Shown here one piece after another: positions 55,957 through 64,000 of a DNA stretch of 64,000 nucleotides; position 1 is the first letter of the stretch; each line of letters opens with the position of its first letter. The position numbers and the translations under genes are program-made. Origin of the DNA: Eledone cirrhosa (taxonomy: Eukaryota); contig OZ024746.1 of assembly GCA_964016885.1 (NCBI GenBank), forward strand, positions 49,848,001 through 49,912,000, in the 5' to 3' direction. The notes under the pieces are model-generated. The model saw only the letters and a list, made by a program, of their open reading frames with translations. It did no database searches and was not told the origin of the DNA.

Positions 55957-58900
55957 GGGAAGAAGACGCACGGAATAAGGGAAGAAGACGCACGAGGTGA
56001 CGGAGGTCATGAAATCGCTCCCGTAAGTTTTGAATTTTTAACATATTTAAACCATTTGTGAAATAACAACTCTTAGTACAAATGCTACGTAAAGCACCCG
56101 GCTTGAGCCCCAAAAAATTCGGACCCAAAATATATTGTTATAAGGCTCAAATATTCAAATATTCAACTTTGTATTGTACACTGTATATCCAAAAAAGAAA
56201 ATGGCTATAAATGGAAGAAGAACCCCCCCCCCTCCTCCTCTGTATACACTATATAGAACAGCCAAACTCACCAACACCAGAAACTAGATACACCACCCAC
56301 CCTATCACCTGTGTACACTAAACCACCACCGATCACTACGGCCATCATTACAACCATTATCCCATCACCGCCGCCACCACCCCTTCACTCCTTCACTGCT
56401 GCCACCGCTACAGCACCATCGCTACAGTAATACGGTCACATCACCGCCACCACTGTCTCGGTATCGACATCACCACCACCACTGTCTCAGTATCGCTACC
56501 GCCGCCAGTCTCCCACTTCTTCTTTTAGCTGGCTGCTGCCACCACATTATAGAATCCCTACTGCTAAAAAAGAGGAAGGCATCAAAATATATAGATAGAC
56601 TCAAAAGAAAAAAGAAAAAATAAACAACAAAAGCAGCACAGCAACAACAGTAAAAAACGAGAAAAACAGAGAAAAACAAAAACAAAAAAAGAAACCCCCA
56701 AAACGTAAAGAAAATAAGAATGAAGAGAGAGGCAGGCGGACGGACAGAGAAGAGGGGGGAAAAAGTAAAACTTAAAAAACAAAAACTAAGTCAGACATTC
56801 GAATACTACATTACAATGAAACTTATGCTTATTCATTTTTGGGGCCCTTTCTGCCCGTGTGTTTGTTTGTTTATGTGTGTCCGTATACAGCGTGGTGATA
56901 ATGCCACACAAGGGCCAAGTGGGATGGCGGATCCACAGATGGCTATGTAAACATACATTCGCCAATCCTCGATAAGAGTGTTTAAATATCGAACATAAAC
57001 AGTTCGAATAACGGTGAAATGGAGACTAGAACGTCATGTGACAGACTCTCACCCAACAGGTGCCCCCTGGCTCAGCAGCAGGAACCTGACTGTCAACGAA
57101 ATACTGCTGATGTTGGAGGAAGAAGAAGAAGGAAAGGGGCCAGAACCAACTGGACGAAAGAATTGAATAGAACTGTTATGCAATGCTACCTGAAAAGTAA
57201 CCCCAAGGAGAGGGGCTACAGGAGACGGATGCATAACATCTGGAACGAGATTGGTTTATTTAAATTAGATGAACAAAAATTGGCCGGGCAGGCTCGGGTA
57301 ATAAGAACTAATGGGTGGATAAGCGAGCTGGAACTGGAGGAACTGAGCAGAGAGAATGGCTTGGAGATGGCGGGTGTAGTATGCCAGACAAGCGAGCCGG
57401 CGGGAAATGAAGGTGAGGAGGTCCTGAGAGCGGAGGAACCACCCGAAGCAGACAATGATCTGAATACTGAGATAAATAATACCTGGAACAGAGATACGGC
57501 CACTGAGGAGATGAATGCTGACGGGCTAGGACAAGATTCGGTTGACATCCTAAATTTAGTGGTAGATGAGTTGAACAATGATAGTGGGAGACCTATGAAC
57601 CTAAGATTTGTAGACAGGAAAAAGTTAAAAGAAACAACAGCTAAGGTAAACAAAGTCATCCCATACCTTGAGGCGAGGAGTCTTCACCAGTGCAACAATA
57701 TCCTCAAAGCAACAGCAAATACGGTGAGGAAACTACTTGGTATAAAAGCGAGAGGAAACAACAGACAAGAAAGAGCAGAGCCGTGGTGGAAGAAGCGACT
57801 GAGTGGGCAAATCGGGGAAATGAGAAATGACATAGGAAAGCTTGAGTCACTACTGAATGGGACACTAAAAAACATAGGCACTAAAAATAGACTGGAAATA
57901 AAATACAAAACTAGGAGTAAAAAGCTAAATATTATCATAGAGGAATTGAAGCAACGCATTGTAGCAAAGAGTGCCAAAATCAGGCGATACGAGAACAGAG
58001 TCAGTCAGTATAAACAGAACCGCATGTTCGACAACAACCAGAAGATGCTGTTTGGACAGCTTGAGGGGAAAGAAAGAGGCACCGACTTGATCCCTGGGGC
58101 GGAACAAGCTAAAACATTCTGGAGAGGAATATGGGAGCAGGATGTTAGACACAATGCCCAGGCAGGGTGGATTGAGACAGTACAGAGGGAGATCGGTGAG
58201 CAGGCACAGCAACAGACTGATTTGAGTATCACAGTTGAAACTCTTAAGGGGCAAGCCAAAAAACTAACCAACTGGAAATCACCAGGCCCAGATGGTGTGC
58301 AGGGGTATTGGATTAAACATTTAACATCCCTCCACCCGAAGCTGACGGCCATGTTCAATGACTGCTTGGTGTCGGGTGAGGTGCCAGAGTGGTTGACAAA
58401 AGGTACCACAGTTCTGATAATGAAAGACCGAATCAAGGGTAATGATGTTACCAACTATAGACCTATCACATGTCTGCCCGTAATGTGGAAACTGTTGACG
58501 AGCATTGTGTCTGAGGAAATCTACCATCACCTCCACACAAACAACTTGTTGCCGGACGAACAGAAAGGATGCCGAAAGAAGTCACGTGGTACAAAGGACC
58601 AGTTGCTTATTGATAAGATGGTAATGGGGAATTGCAGGAGGAGACACACTGATCTTGCCATGGGATGGATAGACTACAGAAAGGCATTTGACATGGTGCC
58701 TCATTCCTGGATCACCAAAAGCCTGGAGATCTTCAGGGTGGCAGATAACATCAGAGAGTTGCTGGGCAGGAGTATGGGGTCCTGGGAGACAGAGTTGACA
58801 TCAACTGGAGTATCCTTGGGAAGCGTGAAGATCAAGAGAGGTATCTTCCAGGGAGATAGCCTGTCCCCTCTGTTGTTTGTCCTTGCCCTGATGCCCTTGA

Positions 58901-60490
58901 CCATTATGCTGCGAAAAGTGAGAGCAGGATACAAGTTGGGAAGGGGAGAGCTTACCATCAATCACCTCCTCTTCATGGACGATCTTAAGCTCTTCGGGAA
59001 AAGTGAGAAGGAGTTGGATGTGCTTGTTGACACTGTCCGTATTTTCAGCAGTGATATATGTATGCAGTTTGGTATTGGTAAATGTGGAGTCATTGTGATG
59101 AGGAGGGGTAGGTTGAGCAGAAGTAACGGGATCCAGATACCAACAGGTGAGATGATAAAGGAAATTGACTCTGAGGAAGGATACAAGTATTTGGGCGTTC
59201 TGGAGGCTGATGGCATAAAGAACAAAAAAATGAAGGAATTGTTAAGAACTGAATACATTCGGAGAGTAAGGAGCGTATTGAAGTCACATCTGAACAGCAG
59301 AAATGCCATAAGCGCAGTAAATTCCCGAGCTGTGTCTATTATTAGGTACAGTGCGGGAATTCTGAGATGGAATGTTGCTGAACAAAAAGAAATGGATAGG
59401 AAGACTAGGAAGCTATTGACTATCTACAACATGTTCCACAAGAGGAGTGATGTCGATAGACTCTACCTAAGGAGATCTGAGGGTGGAAGAGGTCTTATCA
59501 GCATAGAGGACTGTGTTCAGATGGAGAAAAACAACCTATACAAATACGTGACCTATAGTAAGGAGCCAATGCTCAGAGCTGTACTGAAGGAGGGGAGAGT
59601 AGGCCAGGGGATACCCAAGGAGGAAATAACATCAAGGAGGAAGAGCAGCCTTAAGGGAAAATCCCTTCATAGTACCTTCTTTGAGAAAACTGAATTTAGA
59701 GATCCACAGACATGGAACTGGTTGAGAAGAGGAGACCTCAAAAAGGCTACAGAAGGAATGCTAATGGCTGCGCAGGAGCAGGCCCTCAAAACGAAGTGGT
59801 TGAAGCACCATATCTACAAGGAGGAGGCTAGCCCACTGTGCAGGATCTGTGGAGAGAGAGAGAGGAGACTGTGGCTCACATTGTGTCCGAGTGTAAACAC
59901 CTAGCCCAGACCCACTATAAGGGCTGGAGACACGATGTGATGGGCAGGGTGATCCACTGGCACCTGTGCAAAGTAAACAATCTACCACATTCTGAGAAAT
60001 GGTATGAGCATAGGCCAGAGGCGGTGATGGAGAACAGTCAGGTGAAGGTGCTGTGGGATTTTAGGATACAGACGGACAAAAAACTGGAACACAATAGACC
60101 TGACCTGGTGGTTGTGGACAAAGAAAAAAGATCGTGCCTGATTGTGGATGTGGCCTGCCCGTTCGACACGAGAGTGCAAGAGAAGGAGAGGGAGAAAATT
60201 AACCGATACCAGGACCTAAAGTGGGAGGTGAAAAGGATTTGGAACTGCCATGAAGTCAAAGTGATCCCGATTGTCATAGGCGCACTGGGGACTATCTCCA
60301 AAGGTTTCCAGGGATGGTTAAAGAAAATCGGCCCCTTCACGCTTTTTGGAACGCTTCAAAAGGCATGCTTGCTTGGAACGGCAAGAACCCTCCGATACGT
60401 CCTGAATATCTGAGGCTGCAGGTAGTGGCTTGATATTCAATCCAACGGACTTTCCAGTTAACCAACATCAATGACTGAGATTCAAGGAAT
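55957..60490 (+). mobile_element. Probably full-length R4/Dong-like non-LTR retrotransposon family A between (TAA)n tracts (5' boundary inferred)
   Basis: Single long RT-REL ORF, short 3' UTR, (TAA)n tail; about 1.06-kb leader begins right after the upstream (TAA)n. Confidence 0.8.
57019..60413 (+). CDS. RT plus CCHC knuckle plus restriction-like endonuclease polyprotein, single frameshift in a (GA)n run at about 59850-59866
   Basis: 961-aa and 191-aa ORFs: WKSPGPDG, YRPITCL, IDYRKAFDMVPH, GIFQGDSLSP, FMDD, GGRGL, CRICG...HIVSEC, RHD, RPDLVVVD...D, KINRY. Confidence 0.93.
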
Positions 60491-60522
60491 AACAATAACA
60501 ATAATAATAATAATAATAATAA

Positions 60523-60860
60523 TTGGAGATAGAAATTGGAAAAATGTGGAAATTGAGAACTAAAACAATACCAGTGGTTGTAGGCGCTCTGGGAATGATA
60601 CCTAAGGGGTCTAACGATTACTTATCGCAAATCCCAGGAAACCCGTGTATAGGAGAAATACAAAAGATAGTACTAATGGGAACTGCTCATATACTAAGGA
60701 AGATTCTGTCAATATAGGTACATCACAAGTCTAAACACTAAAGATGCATGTGTCAGTATGTATGTTCTTTCTTGAACATGGCGGAACTTGTTGTCTCTTG
60801 AGGTCACTGGTTGTGACTTGGTGATAATTCGTATGAACATAAAGCAAGATAAATGCAACT

Positions 60861-60862
<2 letters not shown>
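60523..60862 (+). mobile_element. 3' fragment of family B in (TAA)n
   Basis: EIEIGKMWKL...AHILRKILSI plus 3' UTR; (TAA)n on both flanks. Confidence 0.92.
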
Positions 60863-62391
<1,529 letters not shown>

Positions 62392-62443
62392 AAGAAGAAG
62401 AAGAAGAAGAAGAAGAAGAAGAAGAAGAAGAAGAAGAAGAAGA

Positions 62444-62830
62444 AGAAGACGCACGTGGTGGTAGAAGGTCATGAAATTGCTCCCGTAAGTTTTTGATTTT
62501 TAACATATTTAAATCAATTGTGAAATAACAATTCTTAGTACAAATGATGCATAAATCACCGAATCAAGTCTCATAAAAATTCGGATCCATAATATATTGT
62601 TATATCGCTCAAATATTCAATTTTGTATTATATATTTTATATTCAAAAAAGAAAATGGTTATAAATGGAAGAAAACCCCTCTGTCTACACTATATAGAAC
62701 AGACAAATAACAGCAATTTCACCGACACCAGAAACTTGATACACCACCTACCCCATCACCCCGCTGTGTACACTAAATATAACAGCCAGATAACGGCAAT
62801 TTCACCACCACCACCACCAATCCCAGCATC
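62444..62830 (+). repeat. Diverged copy of the family A leader (about 55980-56350)
   Basis: GAAGACGCACG...GGTCATGAAAT.GCTCCCGTAAGTTTT...TTGTGAAATAACA..TCTTAGTACAAATG shared; follows (TAA)n(GAA)n. Confidence 0.8.
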
Positions 62831-62851
62831 ATAATAATAATTACTATTATT

Positions 62852-64000
62852 ATTGTCTCAAGTTTTAACAAAATGATTAATTCCAATATTAAAGTAATAT
62901 GTCAACACATATATTAAACATACGCGACACAAACGCATAGATACTACAGATCAAACAAAACTAGTCTATTCGACAAAACTCAGTAACGACAACGCCACCG
63001 CCACCACCACACCATCCATCATTGCTACCACTATCCCATCACCGCCGCCACCACTCCTTCATTGCTACCACCACTATTCCCCTGTTAACTTAAGAAAGGG
63101 GAATGTGTCGGTATCACTAGACAAGGGAGAGGCTAGCAAAAGATATAAATAGATTGACTTAGTGACCCGGCCACCGGCCAAACGTCAACAACTATGGCAC
63201 TGCTGGCTCCCCTCTTCCCCACCAACAATATAAAAAGCCCCAGCACCAACACTGACATAGCCAACAACAATAACAGGCAACTTCAGCAAAAAGTATATTA
63301 TATTATTGTAATGCACTGGGTGATTGCTGGCCTTGTGCCTGGAGTGGAGACAATTATCAATAATTTCATTCTTAAGCCACGCAATGCTCACATTAAGGAA
63401 CCACTCATGATAATAACAATTTAAAAAAACAACAAAAAAGAAAACCCCGTGACCAAGAAATACCGGAATTGCGGCCGGCGGGGAATAGCCGTGTCTCTAG
63501 GGGAGAACGACCCCTCTAGTCTTGGTTGACACTCGTTCTAGAAGTGGTAACACGAAATGATTACCCCTTGGCGGATAAGGATAAAACGCGACAAAATAAA
63601 GTAAATGTCTAATGATAAAATCTCATACCGGATCGGCCGTCACCCGGGTAAAAAAGGGCCGCGTCCCTTAGAGAGGAACCAGACTGGGATCGAAAAATCA
63701 GCTAATGGTTCAAACCTTCCCATCACCTCGGAGCTGGAGACCTCCCATAACCGGAATACTCCTACTGTTGGCCCTCCATGCTCATCACCAAGAAATCCAA
63801 AGAAAAAGAGAGAAAAATGGTCAAGGGAAGATAATAAAGAAGTCCTTGAGACTTTCTACACTGCCATGTACTACCCATCAAATACATCGAATACAGAACA
63901 GACATATATCAACTGGAAAATGAAACATCCCGAAAACAGAGGCTATATTGACAGTAACAAACTAGCCAATATACGAAGAAATATTGTAAAAAAAAGTTAC
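62852..64000 (+). mobile_element. 5' region and ORF start (ATG at 63605, open to the window end) of another family B copy
   Basis: 62852 to about 63850 is the reverse complement of about 54538-55535; MSNDKISYRIGRHPGKK...KWSREDNKEVLETFY...NKLANIRRNIVKK. Confidence 0.9.

Overview
AT-rich, microsatellite-dense eukaryotic DNA made almost entirely of transposable elements. No intact host gene is recognisable. The repeat style (tRNA-headed SINE with a GCCTTTCATCC...GGGGTCGATAAA core, long (TA)n/(CA)n/(TAA)n runs) suggests an invertebrate, probably a cephalopod such as Octopus; this is inference only. Content: (1) many Penelope-like retroelements (PLEs) of at least three types (Naiad-like YRDD RT with CxCx5C linker, Neptune-like YLDD RT with Cx4CxxC linker, Penelope/Poseidon-like YVDD RT), nearly all set in (TA)n, several forming large palindromes; (2) three families of R4/Dong-like REL-endonuclease non-LTR retrotransposons in (TAA)n or (TACA)n; (3) SINE copies including a tandem array, a non-autonomous Helitron, a Vingi/Ingi-like 3' end, an RTE-like 5' end and a piggyBac-like MITE. 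The main hidden signal is about 20 hand-folded type I hammerhead ribozyme (HHR) motifs from about 9 sequence families, many with variant cores (U3-A8, U4C, G8A, A13C) and palindromic stem III. Two non-coding partial-tandem arrays (591 bp x3.3 and about 1.0 kb x2.2) carry one HHR per unit and look like large retrozyme/circular-RNA-derived elements. All folds were done by eye and none is tested for activity.
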